Origin: an uncultured Candidatus Saccharibacteria bacterium
Lineage (GTDB): Bacteria; Patescibacteriota; Dojkabacteria; SC72
Reading direction: 5' to 3'
DNA length: 64,000 nucleotides
Assembly: GCA_964610125.1 (NCBI GenBank)
Contig: CAZSUV010000001.1
Coordinates: 319,877 to 383,876, forward strand
Every line of letters begins with the position of its first letter. The first letter of the stretch is position 1. Below the pieces are notes generated by a model. That model did no database searches and had not been told where the DNA came from. It saw only the letters and a program-made list of their open reading frames with translations. Shown here piece by piece: positions 44,409-55,152 of the stretch. The translations under genes and the position numbers were made by a program.

Positions 44409-46595
44409 TTATGAACCCTTGGAGACAATCATTAACCTATGCAAAGCTCTCGTCATACCAACATAGAGAAGTCTCCATGTTAATTCAGTATCAGGGTACA
44501 AAGTATCATTCATATCCATAATTATTACAGAATCAAACTCCAAACCTTTGGCCTGTTCTATTGGTAAGATGAGAACACCCTCTTTGTAATCACTCTCAGT
44601 ATAGTTAACAACATCCCTCCCAATATATTCCTCGTACTTATCCAATATATTGTAAATTTCCACCGCATGATTCTTGTCCCTACACAGCACCGCGCAAGTA
44701 ACTGCACCTTTTTCAAACTGCAATTTAATCTTCTCAACCACAACCTTGATATCCTTTTCCGATGATTTACTAAAATCATTAGGAAGATATATATTCTCAA
44801 CTGGGTCACCATGTCTAAGTACAGCCTCAGGAAGTTTGTAACCCTCTGGGAATCTGTTCTTAAATATCTCATTAGCATAGTCAATGATCTCAACTGTAGT
44901 TCTGTAACATCTCTGAAGTTGATGATATGAAGTCTCTTTTCTAGTCATCTGATCAGTAATTTCTATTACTCCTTGCCAGTTCTTAATATAGAAAGGAGGG
45001 ATAATGGATTGTGCCAAATCTCCAGCAATGGTTAGATTACCATTCTTAGCAACATTAAGTAGTGTAGCTAGCTGAATGTAACTAATATCTTGAGCTTCAT
45101 CGACCATGATATAGTCACGTTCGATGGATTTAGTACCATATATCTTTTGATGGATGTAAACCATTGGAGCTAGATCTTCTATTCGGTAGAATGTGTTTTT
45201 TCCAGAAGCCGACATTGATTGGAGAGTATATCTTCCGCATTCAGGATTAATGAGACTTGTTCTAAAGAGTTTTTTGTAGAGAGCATATATATTTATACTT
45301 CTATTAAAATAGCTCAATATTTCTCGCTTTTTCTCAATATCATCATTGAAATATGAATCAACATATCCATTCTTAGCTTGGTCAAACTGTCTTTGGGCAA
45401 ATGCAAAATCTACAGAAAGCCCTAATCTTTCTTCCATATCAATATTGGGGAACTGTTCTTTGAGTTCGTAGTATCTCTTAGCAATTCTTTCTTTTCTAGA
45501 GTAGGGGATATGATCAAGAAGGTTCGATTCAAATTCTTCAAAATATTTATCCAATATATTCAAAAATTCTATGGATCCCTTAAATTCTTTAAACCGCAAA
45601 TTCTCTTCAAGTGGCGATATTGTGTAGTTATCTGTCCAACCCAATATCTTCTTCCCCCAGAACATATATGTTTGAGTATCTACTCTTTCAATACCTAAAT
45701 CAGGAAGAACATCAGAAACATAGTCGATGAACATTTGGTTTGGAGCAATGATTAGAGAGTTTCCAGCCCTAATACTTTCTTTATGTGCATAGAAGAGGTA
45801 CGCAAGTCTGTGTAGGAGGATTGTAGTTTTACCACTACCTGCAACTCCTTGTATTAACACAGGCCTATTTATCTCTTCTCTAATAATTTCATTTTGTTGA
45901 GCTTGAATTGTAGATACAATATCTTGAAGTTTTTGACCAAGTCTTTCATTTAATTGAGCAAGTAAGAATGCATCTGCTGCAGCATTGCCTGACTTTGCAT
46001 CATATATCCCTCTAATTCGTGCTCTAGATATTTGGAATTGTCTCTTCTGTTGTAAATCACCCTTCCTTTTCCCAACTGGTGCTACAAATGCCACGTTATC
46101 TGTTGGTCCGGAATTTTCGTAGTAAAGGTTTGCAATTGGTGCTCTCCAGTCTGTAATTATTGGAATATGGGTTTCTTCATCCATTAATGCAAACTTCCCA
46201 ATGTAGAGTATTAATGGCTTCTTGGTAATGCTGTCATATGGTGTGAATACAATCTTTCCAAAATATGGTGAATCTAAAGCAATTAGTTCTGTATTAATAC
46301 GATCAACCAATTCATTTATCTGTCTTAATATCTGATTGTATGCTCCTTTAGCCTCCTTGATGTCGTCTTCACCGGATTCCATGTTGATGATCTCAATCTG
46401 GTGCTCAAGCTCGGCTTCTAATCTATCTAATCTAGGCAAAAGCTGTTTGATGAGTAATGCTTTTCTTTTGGTTACCTCTTGCAACTTAGGATATTCCTCC
46501 TGTTCAAGGGGGGATATGTTAGAGAGGTCAGAAAATGAAGCCACTTCATCCAGATCCTTGTGTAAAGGATTCAGATATTTTTTGAATGATTGCAT
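44409..46595 (-). CDS. helD: UvrD-family helicase, HelD (helicase IV)-like
   Basis: N-terminal coiled region with ITDWRAPIANLYY (HelD N-domain-like). Walker A GVAGSGKTTILLHRLAYL. The rest of the UvrD/REP core includes the Q/D-E box MVDEAQD. Confidence 0.7.
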   Translation of the reverse strand: MQSFKKYLNPLHKDLDEVASFSDLSNISPLEQEEYPKLQEVTKRKALLIKQLLPRLDRLEAELEHQIEIINMESGEDDIKEAKGAYNQILRQINELVDRINTELIALDSPYFGKIVFTPYDSITKKPLILYIGKFALMDEETHIPIITDWRAPIANLYYENSGPTDNVAFVAPVGKRKGDLQQKRQFQISRARIRGIYDAKSGNAAADAFLLAQLNERLGQKLQDIVSTIQAQQNEIIREEINRPVLIQGVAGSGKTTILLHRLAYLFYAHKESIRAGNSLIIAPNQMFIDYVSDVLPDLGIERVDTQTYMFWGKKILGWTDNYTISPLEENLRFKEFKGSIEFLNILDKYFEEFESNLLDHIPYSRKERIAKRYYELKEQFPNIDMEERLGLSVDFAFAQRQFDQAKNGYVDSYFNDDIEKKREILSYFNRSINIYALYKKLFRTSLINPECGRYTLQSMSASGKNTFYRIEDLAPMVYIHQKIYGTKSIERDYIMVDEAQDISYIQLATLLNVAKNGNLTIAGDLAQSIIPPFYIKNWQGVIEITDQMTRKETSYHQLQRCYRTTVEIIDYANEIFKNRFPEGYKLPEAVLRHGDPVENIYLPNDFSKSSEKDIKVVVEKIKLQFEKGAVTCAVLCRDKNHAVEIYNILDKYEEYIGRDVVNYTESDYKEGVLILPIEQAKGLEFDSVIIMDMNDTLYPDTELTWRLLYVGMTRALHRLMIVSKGS

Positions 46596-46657
46596 TCGAA
46601 ATTTGGGCTAGAAATTACAGGGAGAAATGATACAGGATATGGTGATACAAGTCAAAT

Positions 46658-47278
46658 TTAAGTCATCTTCAAACCTAAAGTTGGCTGGCTAAAGTTATTG
46701 CTATTTAACTTCTTTTTCTCAGAACATTTCCTAACTTTAGAAAAAACCACTGCTATACGCTTTTCATTATCGGTATCATTTTGTTCCTTTGAATATTTTA
46801 AGGCAGAGAGTAATAGCTGTTCTTCAAGTCTACAAAGTAAAAAGCCATTTCCAGGATTCTGCTCGAGTGTATGAGTAATATGCCTCAAGAGTATTTCGGC
46901 ATTAATGCCAATAGGGGATGAGGCTATATCAATCAGCGTATCTTCTGGTAGGCCATATGTATCTACATCTACAAGTGTAGCTAGTTGACTTAATCTGTCT
47001 TTGTTTAATGTAAGAAACATTATTGTTGTACTGGGTGCTAATGTTCTAATTTCTGTAGCTGCAGAAAAGATTCCAATTCTCTCTCGAAGAGTTTGAACAG
47101 GAAGATTGGTTAATTGAGGAGCTAGCTGTTGTACTAGTACTTCACTAAGCCCCAATTCATCTAAAACCGGTTGTGTTGATTGAGCATATTCCAAAAGAGA
47201 TGGTTGGCACTCTATATTTTCTTTATTATTAAGACTCATAGTGTGTAGAATTATATCACAACACATCTTGAAATCCAC
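46658..47278 (-). CDS. hypothetical protein
   Basis: 206-aa ORF with no recognisable motif. Confidence 0.3.
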   Translation of the reverse strand: MDFKMCCDIILHTMSLNNKENIECQPSLLEYAQSTQPVLDELGLSEVLVQQLAPQLTNLPVQTLRERIGIFSAATEIRTLAPSTTIMFLTLNKDRLSQLATLVDVDTYGLPEDTLIDIASSPIGINAEILLRHITHTLEQNPGNGFLLCRLEEQLLLSALKYSKEQNDTDNEKRIAVVFSKVRKCSEKKKLNSNNFSQPTLGLKMT

Positions 47279-47316
47279 TCTCTTCTCAATATTTTGTAAA
47301 TAGGATATATTTAACT

Positions 47317-47865
47317 ATGAGTAACCAATTAAAACTTCTTCTTTACATAGTCTTCGTAGTAGCAATATTTTGGTTTGTACAATCAAAATTTCATATATTT
47401 GATATTAAATTAGGGAATATTACTCAAGAAGAATCTAACCAATCAAAAGAAAAGACAAATACTAATGTAACGCCTACAAATTATGTAGAAATTGTTCTTG
47501 GTGCGAATAAATCTGTGAAAGTAAATGTTGAATTAGCAGATTCTGAAAGTGAAAGACAAGCAGGATTGTCGTTTAAAAAATATTTAGGTGATTATGACGG
47601 AATGCTTTTTGTCTTTAATACTGAAACTAACACACCGTTCTGGATGAAGGATATGCAAATACCAATTGATATGATATTCTTTGATTCGCAAGGGTTTATA
47701 GTGGATATGAAGGAGGCTCAAGCCCCTTGCACAGCCACATATTGTCCCTCAATATATTCAGTGAAAAGCTACATGTACGTTTTGGAAGTTAATTCTGGAT
47801 TTGTAGAAAGAAATGGAATAGTTATTGGTGGAAGTATGGTTTTGCACATTGAATCTTTAAATTAA
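47317..47865 (+). CDS. DUF192 (COG1430) family secreted protein
   Basis: N-terminal TM/signal. GLSFKKYLGDYDGMLFVF...TPFWMKDMQIPIDMIFFD matches the DUF192 conserved core. Confidence 0.6.
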   Translation: MSNQLKLLLYIVFVVAIFWFVQSKFHIFDIKLGNITQEESNQSKEKTNTNVTPTNYVEIVLGANKSVKVNVELADSESERQAGLSFKKYLGDYDGMLFVFNTETNTPFWMKDMQIPIDMIFFDSQGFIVDMKEAQAPCTATYCPSIYSVKSYMYVLEVNSGFVERNGIVIGGSMVLHIESLN

Positions 47866-47878
47866 GTAACATAGACAA

Positions 47879-48514
47879 ATGATTCAGACATTGATTGATT
47901 GGTTAGTAAATATTATTAAGACAATTGGGTATCCAGGGGTAATGCTTTCGATGTTCATTGAAAGTTTCTTTGCTCCAATACCAAGTGAACTCATTCTTCC
48001 TTTCTCTGGTTTTGTTGCTTCAAATGGATCATTAAATATATATTTAACAATAGTTTTAGCCTCTGTTGCGGCGTATTTAGGTACTCTACCATTCTACTTC
48101 ATTGGTAAATGGGGAAAAGAGAAAGTTGATCTATTCTTTAGAAAATTTGGGAAATATCTATTTATCAAAGAAGAGGATTTGGACAAAGGTTATGCAATTT
48201 TTGCAAAGCATGGAAACAAAGTGGTATTTTTCGGCAGATTAATCCCTATTGTTAGGACGATTATATCTTTCCCAGCGGGTGTGGCGAATATGAATTTTGC
48301 GCTATTTAGTGTATATACATTGGCTGGAACTTTGATATGGTCTTCATTATTGGCTGGTGCGGGATATATGCTTGGAGATAACTGGGATGTTGTAGGTGGA
48401 TATATATCAAAATATGAAAAAGTAATCATTGTTATTGGAATATTGTTTGTAGTCTTGTTTATAGCCAAGGGAATCTACGATCTTGTTAAGCGAAAGCAAG
48501 TGAAGAAAGTCTAG
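47879..48514 (+). CDS. DedA-family membrane protein
   Basis: YPGVMLSMFIESFFAPIPSELILPFSGF...FFGRLIPIVRTIISFPAG matches DedA/VTT conserved motifs. Confidence 0.7.
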   Translation: MIQTLIDWLVNIIKTIGYPGVMLSMFIESFFAPIPSELILPFSGFVASNGSLNIYLTIVLASVAAYLGTLPFYFIGKWGKEKVDLFFRKFGKYLFIKEEDLDKGYAIFAKHGNKVVFFGRLIPIVRTIISFPAGVANMNFALFSVYTLAGTLIWSSLLAGAGYMLGDNWDVVGGYISKYEKVIIVIGILFVVLFIAKGIYDLVKRKQVKKV

Positions 48515-50040
48515 GTAGTTCTAATTAGAGACTGACCATTCATTTCGCTTGGTTTGGTAATCCCCATTATATCCAATACCGTTGGTGCAATATCCTTTAA
48601 TGAACCATATGGCAAGAACCTATTGGTTATATTTGTTCCTGCAATTATGCATGGAACAGGATTTAACGAATGCTCCGTATCTACAGTACCATTTTCTAGG
48701 TTTATCATTTCTTCTACATTTCCATGGTCTGCGGTTATGATCACCGCTCCTCCTTGACTCAAAAATTGGTTAACCAATTGGTGGGTACAGTAATCTACAG
48801 TTTGTACTGCCTTTATGCCTGCATTTAAAACTCCTGTATGCCCAACCATGTCAGCGTTAGCGAAATTAACGAGTGTAAAGTCATATGATTTACCTGCAAT
48901 AGCTTTTGAAAGTACACTTAACAATTGTGGGGCGCTCATTTCTGGTTTTAAATCGTAGGTTGTAACCTGTGGAGATGGTATAGCGACCTGATCCTCATTG
49001 GCATATACTACAGAAGCTCCACCGTTGAAGAAGTATGTTACGTGAGGAAACTTTTCAGTCTCTGCAATTCTTAGTTGTCTGAAACCAACCGAATCAATTA
49101 CTTTCCCAAGTGGAAGATTAACATACTGTTTAGGAAATACTACATGTGTAGGAAATCCTTTACTGTATTCAACCATACCTACAAAGAAGAGATTTTGTAT
49201 ATTGTCTCTTTTGAAATTACTAAAATCAGGAGCTGCGAATGCTTGTGCCAATTGTAGTGCTCTATCTGGGCGGAAATTTAAAAAGACTATGACATCATTG
49301 GTTTGTACCTTGCTTTCATTGATTACAATTGGTTCCATGAATTCATCTGTTACACCTTTTTGGTAATATGTATCAATGGCTTCTCCATATGTTGCGAATT
49401 TCTGTCCGATATTTCTAGTAAGTAAGAAGTAGGCTCTTTGAGTTCTATCCCATTGATTATTCCTATCCATTGCAAAATATCTTCCAACTATTGTTCCAAT
49501 CTTTCCTATCCCTTTGTCCATACAATAGTTATCCATATCCGTGAGATACTTAAGCGCGGCATTAGGGGGAGTGTCTCTTCCATCGGTGAAAGCATGGATA
49601 TATGTTTTGTTTTCAAAATTTGATTTAGCAAGGAAATCTATGGCAGCCTTGAAATGATCTATGTGAGAATGAGTAGATCCATCGCTTAGTAACCCAATCA
49701 AATGAATGTTACTTTTGTAGGTTTGGGCATGTGCCAGTGCTGCTCTTAGAGTGTCGTTTGTATATATCAACCCCTTAGCTATGGCGTTGTTAATTCTTGG
49801 TAGGGTTTGTGCCACTACATTACCTGCTCCAAGGTTCAAATGCCCAACTTCACTGTTTCCTCTAACATTTTTAGGTAGTCCGACCGCTTCCCCAGAGGCC
49901 AGAAGGTATGTATGTGGGTATATATTCCAGAGTGTAGAAAGTTTCTGTGGATTGGCCAAAGTTACTGCGTTACCGCTATTTTTAGGGGCTGCACCGAGGC
50001 CATCTAATACGATCATTAGGACTTTTTGTTTAGCATTCAT
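48511..50040 (-). CDS. gpmI: 2,3-bisphosphoglycerate-independent phosphoglycerate mutase
   Basis: MNAKQKVLMIVLDGLGAAP... and AIITADHGNVEEM, the full alkaline-phosphatase-like iPGM architecture. 509 aa. Confidence 0.9.
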   Translation of the reverse strand: MNAKQKVLMIVLDGLGAAPKNSGNAVTLANPQKLSTLWNIYPHTYLLASGEAVGLPKNVRGNSEVGHLNLGAGNVVAQTLPRINNAIAKGLIYTNDTLRAALAHAQTYKSNIHLIGLLSDGSTHSHIDHFKAAIDFLAKSNFENKTYIHAFTDGRDTPPNAALKYLTDMDNYCMDKGIGKIGTIVGRYFAMDRNNQWDRTQRAYFLLTRNIGQKFATYGEAIDTYYQKGVTDEFMEPIVINESKVQTNDVIVFLNFRPDRALQLAQAFAAPDFSNFKRDNIQNLFFVGMVEYSKGFPTHVVFPKQYVNLPLGKVIDSVGFRQLRIAETEKFPHVTYFFNGGASVVYANEDQVAIPSPQVTTYDLKPEMSAPQLLSVLSKAIAGKSYDFTLVNFANADMVGHTGVLNAGIKAVQTVDYCTHQLVNQFLSQGGAVIITADHGNVEEMINLENGTVDTEHSLNPVPCIIAGTNITNRFLPYGSLKDIAPTVLDIMGITKPSEMNGQSLIRTT

Positions 50041-50119
50041 AGGCAGTTGTATATATATTCTGGCATATTTTCGAAATTTATTCTATAATTGCACCTGGTT
50101 TAAATATTATTACAGAAAA

Positions 50120-50506
50120 ATGGACAAAAACATATTAAAAAATATAGAGGAAGGTCAACTACAAAACAGACCTGATGTGATGGTAGGGGACACCGTTAAG
50201 TTACATCTTAAAATCAAAGAAGGCAACAAGGAAAGAGTCCAGATCTTTGAAGGAGTTGTCATATCTATGAAGGGTGCTGGTATTGATGCGTCCATTACTG
50301 TAAGAAAAATATCATATGGTGTTGGTGTTGAAAAGATTCTTCCTATGCATTCTCCTGTTTTACAGAAGATTGAGATTGTTAAGAGAGGTACTGTTAGAAG
50401 AGCTAAGTTATACTTCTTAAGAGACAGAATTGGTAAGAGAGCTTTGAAGGTTAACAAGATTAAATCTATATACTTAACTGATGAAGTAGCTGTTCCTGAA
50501 GTTTGA
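50120..50506 (+). CDS. rplS: 50S ribosomal protein L19
   Basis: MDKNILKNIEEGQLQNRPDVMVGDTVKLHLKIKEGNKERVQIFEGVVISMKG... matches L19. The long track ORF 49751..50506 upstream of this Met is antisense to gpmI and is not real. Confidence 0.85.
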   Translation: MDKNILKNIEEGQLQNRPDVMVGDTVKLHLKIKEGNKERVQIFEGVVISMKGAGIDASITVRKISYGVGVEKILPMHSPVLQKIEIVKRGTVRRAKLYFLRDRIGKRALKVNKIKSIYLTDEVAVPEV

Positions 50507-50605
50507 GAGGCTGCTGAAGAGGTTGTTACAGAAGTTCCTGTTGAGGAATCTGTTGAAGTAGTTGAAGAAAAGACAGAAGCTTAGTATCATTAAAAATACT
50601 ATCTT

Positions 50606-50682
50606 GCGGGGGTAGTTCAATTGGTTAGAATGTCTGTTTTCCAAACAGAGGGTTGCGGGTTCGAGCCCCGTCCCCCGCTCCA
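50606..50682 (+). tRNA. tRNA-Gly (anticodon TCC), CCA encoded
   Basis: GCGGGGG-TAGTTCAATTGGTTAGAAT-GTCTG-TTTTCCAA-ACAGA-GGGTT-GCGGGTTCGAGCCCCGT-CCCCCGC-TCCA. Confidence 0.85.
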
Positions 50683-50746
50683 AATTTAGTAGATTAGAAT
50701 ATCATTCCCCTGTAACTTATCCACAATTTGTAATATAATCCTTTGT

Positions 50747-51316
50747 ATGCAAGACGCAGATGTCCCTATGTGGGATAAAGGAGATAAAACTGATGACTAC
50801 GCAAAAGGCGGAGGTGGATTCCCCATGTTTGGAATGGGTAGTGAAAAAGGGGAAAAATCATCTGCCATAGAAGAAGTATACGAGTTAGTTTTAGGGAGAA
50901 AACCAACCTCAAGAGAACAGTCCTACTACAGATATTCTTCAGCTAAGAAAGAAGAAATATTAAAGAAGCTATTAAATAGCGATGAACACAAGGAAGTTAT
51001 TAAAAAAGGGCGAGATTATCCCGAATTAGAAGACCGAGAGAAACTAGGCCAAAGTACAATATTGAAATTAAAACATAGCATTGATGATCAACAAGGAGAG
51101 GTAAATGAAATGAAATCAATGTTAGAAGAGAAGAATAGGGAAATAGCTACATTGAGGGAAGAAAAGAATATCCCATTTGTAACTCAATCATTCCTAGAAG
51201 GTAAAGGAAATATATATTATAGTGATACAACATTTAAACCAGCTCAAACAGAATCTAGATTACCACAATCTTGGTTAGACAAACTATCTTACTTCATACA
51301 AAAAATATCAAAATGA
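50747..51316 (+). CDS. hypothetical coiled-coil protein
   Basis: Gly-rich N-terminus, then charged heptad-like segments. Its stop overlaps the next ATG (ATGA). Confidence 0.35.
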   Translation: MQDADVPMWDKGDKTDDYAKGGGGFPMFGMGSEKGEKSSAIEEVYELVLGRKPTSREQSYYRYSSAKKEEILKKLLNSDEHKEVIKKGRDYPELEDREKLGQSTILKLKHSIDDQQGEVNEMKSMLEEKNREIATLREEKNIPFVTQSFLEGKGNIYYSDTTFKPAQTESRLPQSWLDKLSYFIQKISK

Positions 51317-51516
51317 CTCCAAAACTATTTGCTAAAAGATTAAAACAAGCTAGAGAAGAATATGGTTATTCTCAAAAACAATTGGGATTGAGAATAGGGT
51401 TGTCAGATAAATCAATAAGTATATATGAAAAGGGCCAAGTATATCCTCCAGTTTCAAACCTGATTAGAATTGCTAAGGAATTAAAGAAAGATATTGATTT
51501 CTTTCTTAAAGACTAA
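51313..51516 (+). CDS. XRE-family helix-turn-helix transcriptional regulator (67 aa)
   Basis: FAKRLKQAREEYGYSQKQLGLRIGLSDKSISIYEKGQVYPPVSNLIRIAKEL is a typical Cro/C1-type HTH. Start taken at Met 51313. Confidence 0.6.
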   Translation: MTPKLFAKRLKQAREEYGYSQKQLGLRIGLSDKSISIYEKGQVYPPVSNLIRIAKELKKDIDFFLKD

Positions 51517-52142
51517 CGAGGTGGTGTTAACCAAACCTTTGTCTTCTTTAAAACCTTCTTAGAAAGCTCAATTCCTCCCCATATTGCTAAACCAGAGACA
51601 CCAAGTAATACTAAAACCTCAATAACTACCAATATTGTATATTCAGGGGTAATAGGTTGAGATACTAAACTATTACTAAGTGTTAATGAGTTATTTACAG
51701 TATTTGTATAGTTAGTATCAAATTGCCAAGAAACTACACTCGCAGTAATCTTGTACTCTCCACTCATACTTGGCTTTATGATTGCTTTGTATTTTGATTC
51801 TACGTCCTTAGTAACACTCACAAACTCCTTATGTCTAGGAGTAATTTTAATGGTAGAAGAACTATCCCAAATAATTTGTGTCTTAGCAGAATCAATATGT
51901 GGAACAATGGTTAAAGTATATGTAATACTCTTATCCAAAGGTGATTGCACACCCTCTGTAAGTGTAAGATCAAAATACTTATTTGTAGCCCTAGTAGTAT
52001 TTTCATCAACTGTAGTCTCAAGGGTATATTCTCCTGATGTAGTATCTTCAGTTTCTGTTGTAACCTCTTGAGCATTAACAAAAGAAGATGAAAAAGCAGA
52101 AAAGATTATTAAAAGAGTTAGAACGGATAGTATTTTTTTCAT
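51513..52142 (-). CDS. secreted, C-terminally membrane-anchored surface protein
   Basis: Signal peptide MKKILSVLTLLIIFSAFSSSFVNA and C-terminal TM ILVVIEVLVLLGVSGLAIWGG. Thr-rich. Confidence 0.45.
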   Translation of the reverse strand: MKKILSVLTLLIIFSAFSSSFVNAQEVTTETEDTTSGEYTLETTVDENTTRATNKYFDLTLTEGVQSPLDKSITYTLTIVPHIDSAKTQIIWDSSSTIKITPRHKEFVSVTKDVESKYKAIIKPSMSGEYKITASVVSWQFDTNYTNTVNNSLTLSNSLVSQPITPEYTILVVIEVLVLLGVSGLAIWGGIELSKKVLKKTKVWLTPPR

Positions 52143-52555
52143 TTTAATATCCTATGTATACTCATGTTATATATTTTGTATGCTTCTTCAGCTTCATTTT
52201 CGCTTACATCAAGATCGTCATGCACAATCCGATTTCTTAGTTTATGTGCTTCCCAAAGTCTATCATATTCAGCTCGTTTAAATCTTTTATTTATCAATTT
52301 AAGATTATCTCCACATAGTTTAGTATTACTTAATCGATATTGAAGGGCTTTTGAAAGAATATTGTCTAGTTTTATGACTGTATCCCTTCTTCTAGCTAGG
52401 TCATCACTACTAGCACCTGCTTTAAGGGCCTCTAAGCTATTTAGCATGCGCGAAATACTCTTCTGCCTCTCTTTCCTAGTTCCTGAAGCAACCATGATGA
52501 AAAGGGCTGCTACGGCTATTAAGATCAATATTGTTATTATTACTGCATTATCCAT
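52139..52555 (-). CDS. small N-terminally anchored protein with an R-N-x3-H (HEPN-like?) motif
   Basis: TM IITILILIAVAALFIMVA, then an alpha-helical domain containing AHKLRNRIVHDDLD. The HEPN-like resemblance is weak. Confidence 0.3.
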   Translation of the reverse strand: MDNAVIITILILIAVAALFIMVASGTRKERQKSISRMLNSLEALKAGASSDDLARRRDTVIKLDNILSKALQYRLSNTKLCGDNLKLINKRFKRAEYDRLWEAHKLRNRIVHDDLDVSENEAEEAYKIYNMSIHRILK

Positions 52556-54440
52556 TTTGTTTTGGTTTTATCTTGTTAGATATGAAATATATCAAATATA
52601 CTACACCAGCGAATGTGAGTAAGGATATGGCTTTAGTTATTATTTGAATATATACAGGTGTTTTAATATTAGTATCAGATGCTGAAAGCACGGATTCAGA
52701 ATAGTCTTCATTAGAGAATTCAATATTTAAAGAGATATTTGAAATATCTGAAGTATTAGGAATATTTAATTGAAGGGTGGCACTCTGAGTAGGTAGGATG
52801 ACTTGAGAATTAATATTATTAACAGGATCTATATATTTTTTAATATCCGCAATGTTTGATTCACCAATAGTATAGTTGTTTATGGCGATATTACCAGTAT
52901 TAGTAATATTTAAGAGCCCTTTGATATATTTTGATATTGTATTGTTGTTATCAAATACCAATTGAGTATTGAATTTCAATTCTGGGGTTATTTCTTCCTG
53001 CGAGCTAGAAACTACTTTAAAGTCTGAATCTTTGTAGAAAGTAAGCTTAGGTGCAGAAGGGGATTTACCTCGTTTTAATATTGCAATATGGTCAAAGAAA
53101 GCATTTCCATACAAAGGTTTTGTAGAGTAATCTTCAAGAAATGGGTCCATTGTAATCCATCGTTTTTGAACAAAATCATAGGCTTCAACCCAGTAGCTGT
53201 AAAATCCATCAGAGGTATATCCCGAAATATTTGATACAAAACCAATGACTTGTCTTGTTGGGATACCATATTTACGTAAAATTGTTACTAGGAAGTCAGT
53301 ATAGTCAGAAGGAGTTGCTTCGTTGGGATTGGCTACTAAGTTGTCAAAACCTACGCGACTATCTGTAATTACACCATCTGCAAGATTTTTTTGTGGGTTG
53401 AGTCGCTCTACGGTATATTGATACAGATATTTGTAGACCAATTCTTGTTTACCTTCCTCTAAATCTTTTACATTAGTAAATCCATCGGTTATATCTAGCC
53501 CTTTATTCTTTAAATATGTAATTATTCTTAGGAATTCTATTTTCTCAGTTGTTTTCCAGTATCCATGATTGGTAATTAAAAATGCTTCAGTAGAATTTTC
53601 GTCGGTGATTGGATTGCGTTTTAAGATATGTCCATTAATCTTACAATCAATCGTGCTTTCTGGACCAACTATATATTTGAAAATATAGTTGCCATCCTCA
53701 TCTTGCTCTGCGATGTTTGGGAGTGGATCGAGTTTGTCCCAAACTATTGTCTGAGTAGTACTGTCTGAAGGTAATATTAGCTCAAAGGTTTGATTTTGAT
53801 CTGAGAGTGAGTTAGTAAAGGTTTTTGATACTGTAAACTCATATGAAATGGCTTTGCCAAAAAGCATTGCTATACTAGAGTAGAGTGGCTTTAAAATTGT
53901 GATTTGATAGTTATCATCTACACTCTTTATATTCTGTATTGCATCAGAGGTCCAAAGTGGTTCACCTTTTGCTTTGGGGTATGTCAAGACCACACTGTTT
54001 GTAACTGCATCCTGTACTGAAGAAACAATATTTAATGATTCTGATGAAGTTATATTAGTATGGTATGTGATTCTTAAGGTTATTGGTGCATTGCTTCTAA
54101 CAAGTGAGTTATTGAAATCTACTAAAATATCTGTTCCTCCACTTCGTTTGTAGTTAGTACATCCTAATGGTTTTGATGATGTTACATTGTAGCATTCGGC
54201 GGTGATATTCTCCTGTGGGATTGTGGTAGTAAAGTAGGATATTACCCGTGGTGTATTTGCAGAGATGGTTATTAGGGCTTGTGTATCAATAGTGGTGTCA
54301 CTAATTCCATGAATAAAGTCGGAGGTAAGAGTGAATTGTTCTTCTACTGCATGAATATTTTGTGAGGAAAGGAGAAGGAAGGAGATTACAAGGCTAAATA
54401 GCAACGGAATTTTCTTTAAATAGCCAGTCAAATTTCTCAT
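52548..54440 (-). CDS. large exported, C-terminally anchored protein with a degenerate transglutaminase-like core
   Basis: Signal peptide and C-terminal TM. LRKYGIPTRQVIGFVS and YSYWVEAYDFVQKRWITMDPF align to the transglutaminase-like blocks (GIPARxVxGY; HAWxEVY..W..xDPT), but the catalytic Cys and His positions are not conserved. Confidence 0.45.
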   Translation of the reverse strand: MRNLTGYLKKIPLLFSLVISFLLLSSQNIHAVEEQFTLTSDFIHGISDTTIDTQALITISANTPRVISYFTTTIPQENITAECYNVTSSKPLGCTNYKRSGGTDILVDFNNSLVRSNAPITLRITYHTNITSSESLNIVSSVQDAVTNSVVLTYPKAKGEPLWTSDAIQNIKSVDDNYQITILKPLYSSIAMLFGKAISYEFTVSKTFTNSLSDQNQTFELILPSDSTTQTIVWDKLDPLPNIAEQDEDGNYIFKYIVGPESTIDCKINGHILKRNPITDENSTEAFLITNHGYWKTTEKIEFLRIITYLKNKGLDITDGFTNVKDLEEGKQELVYKYLYQYTVERLNPQKNLADGVITDSRVGFDNLVANPNEATPSDYTDFLVTILRKYGIPTRQVIGFVSNISGYTSDGFYSYWVEAYDFVQKRWITMDPFLEDYSTKPLYGNAFFDHIAILKRGKSPSAPKLTFYKDSDFKVVSSSQEEITPELKFNTQLVFDNNNTISKYIKGLLNITNTGNIAINNYTIGESNIADIKKYIDPVNNINSQVILPTQSATLQLNIPNTSDISNISLNIEFSNEDYSESVLSASDTNIKTPVYIQIITKAISLLTFAGVVYLIYFISNKIKPKQNG

Positions 54441-55128
54441 ATTTTCTTAATATTTGTTTTATTACAGGAGTCTTTGGGGTAATTCCATAGTTTAATATTA
54501 TCTTATCCCAATCTAATTTTTCAGGTTCATTAACAATCTTGTAGTAAGGATTTCGAACAGTTTCCTGTTTGGCATTCTTTCTAATAATATAATAGGCTAA
54601 TCCGTTCTTATCATCAAGCACAACATCAGGGCTTGCATTTATGCTTAAGAATTCAGCAAATATGAGATTTGAATTCTGTCTTGTATTAACAATTACTGCA
54701 CTATATCCAGCTGGAATTATTACTTTTTGCTCTTTTTTAGCTACAATTCTAATTATCCTATTATCTTTTGGATTTCGGTATCTTTGCATCAATATTGTTG
54801 CTCCTCCATATACAATATCTATTAATCTTGCATATTTAGAGCATCTTGTGGCTCTTGTTTTTACGAATTCAATACCTGCTAGGTTAGGTTTAAGTACGAC
54901 AAAGTTAATCTGTAGGTCTTTGGAAGAATAGAGATTATCTAAATCCAAGTGTTTGTATTTTTTGTAAAATACGTCAGGGCATGTAAGCTCTTTGTTTAAG
55001 AGTTGTGGGCGGATATCATCTATGGAGACAGAGACTACTTCCTTGAAGCTTAAGTCTTTTATTTGTAAATCTTCACCATCATAGACTAAAGGAAAACCTG
55101 AAGTCTTTTTTAGGTCAATTTTTGCCAT
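54394..55128 (-). CDS. hypothetical protein
   Basis: 244-aa ORF. No confident domain. Confidence 0.3.
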   Translation of the reverse strand: MAKIDLKKTSGFPLVYDGEDLQIKDLSFKEVVSVSIDDIRPQLLNKELTCPDVFYKKYKHLDLDNLYSSKDLQINFVVLKPNLAGIEFVKTRATRCSKYARLIDIVYGGATILMQRYRNPKDNRIIRIVAKKEQKVIIPAGYSAVIVNTRQNSNLIFAEFLSINASPDVVLDDKNGLAYYIIRKNAKQETVRNPYYKIVNEPEKLDWDKIILNYGITPKTPVIKQILRKYEKFDWLFKENSVAI

Positions 55129-55152
55129 AGCTAGTATTATACCACATCACTT

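Noticed and set aside
49751-50119. Upstream 123 codons of the track ORF that contains rplS
   Set aside because: It is antisense to gpmI. Only the L19-homologous part from Met 50120 is real.
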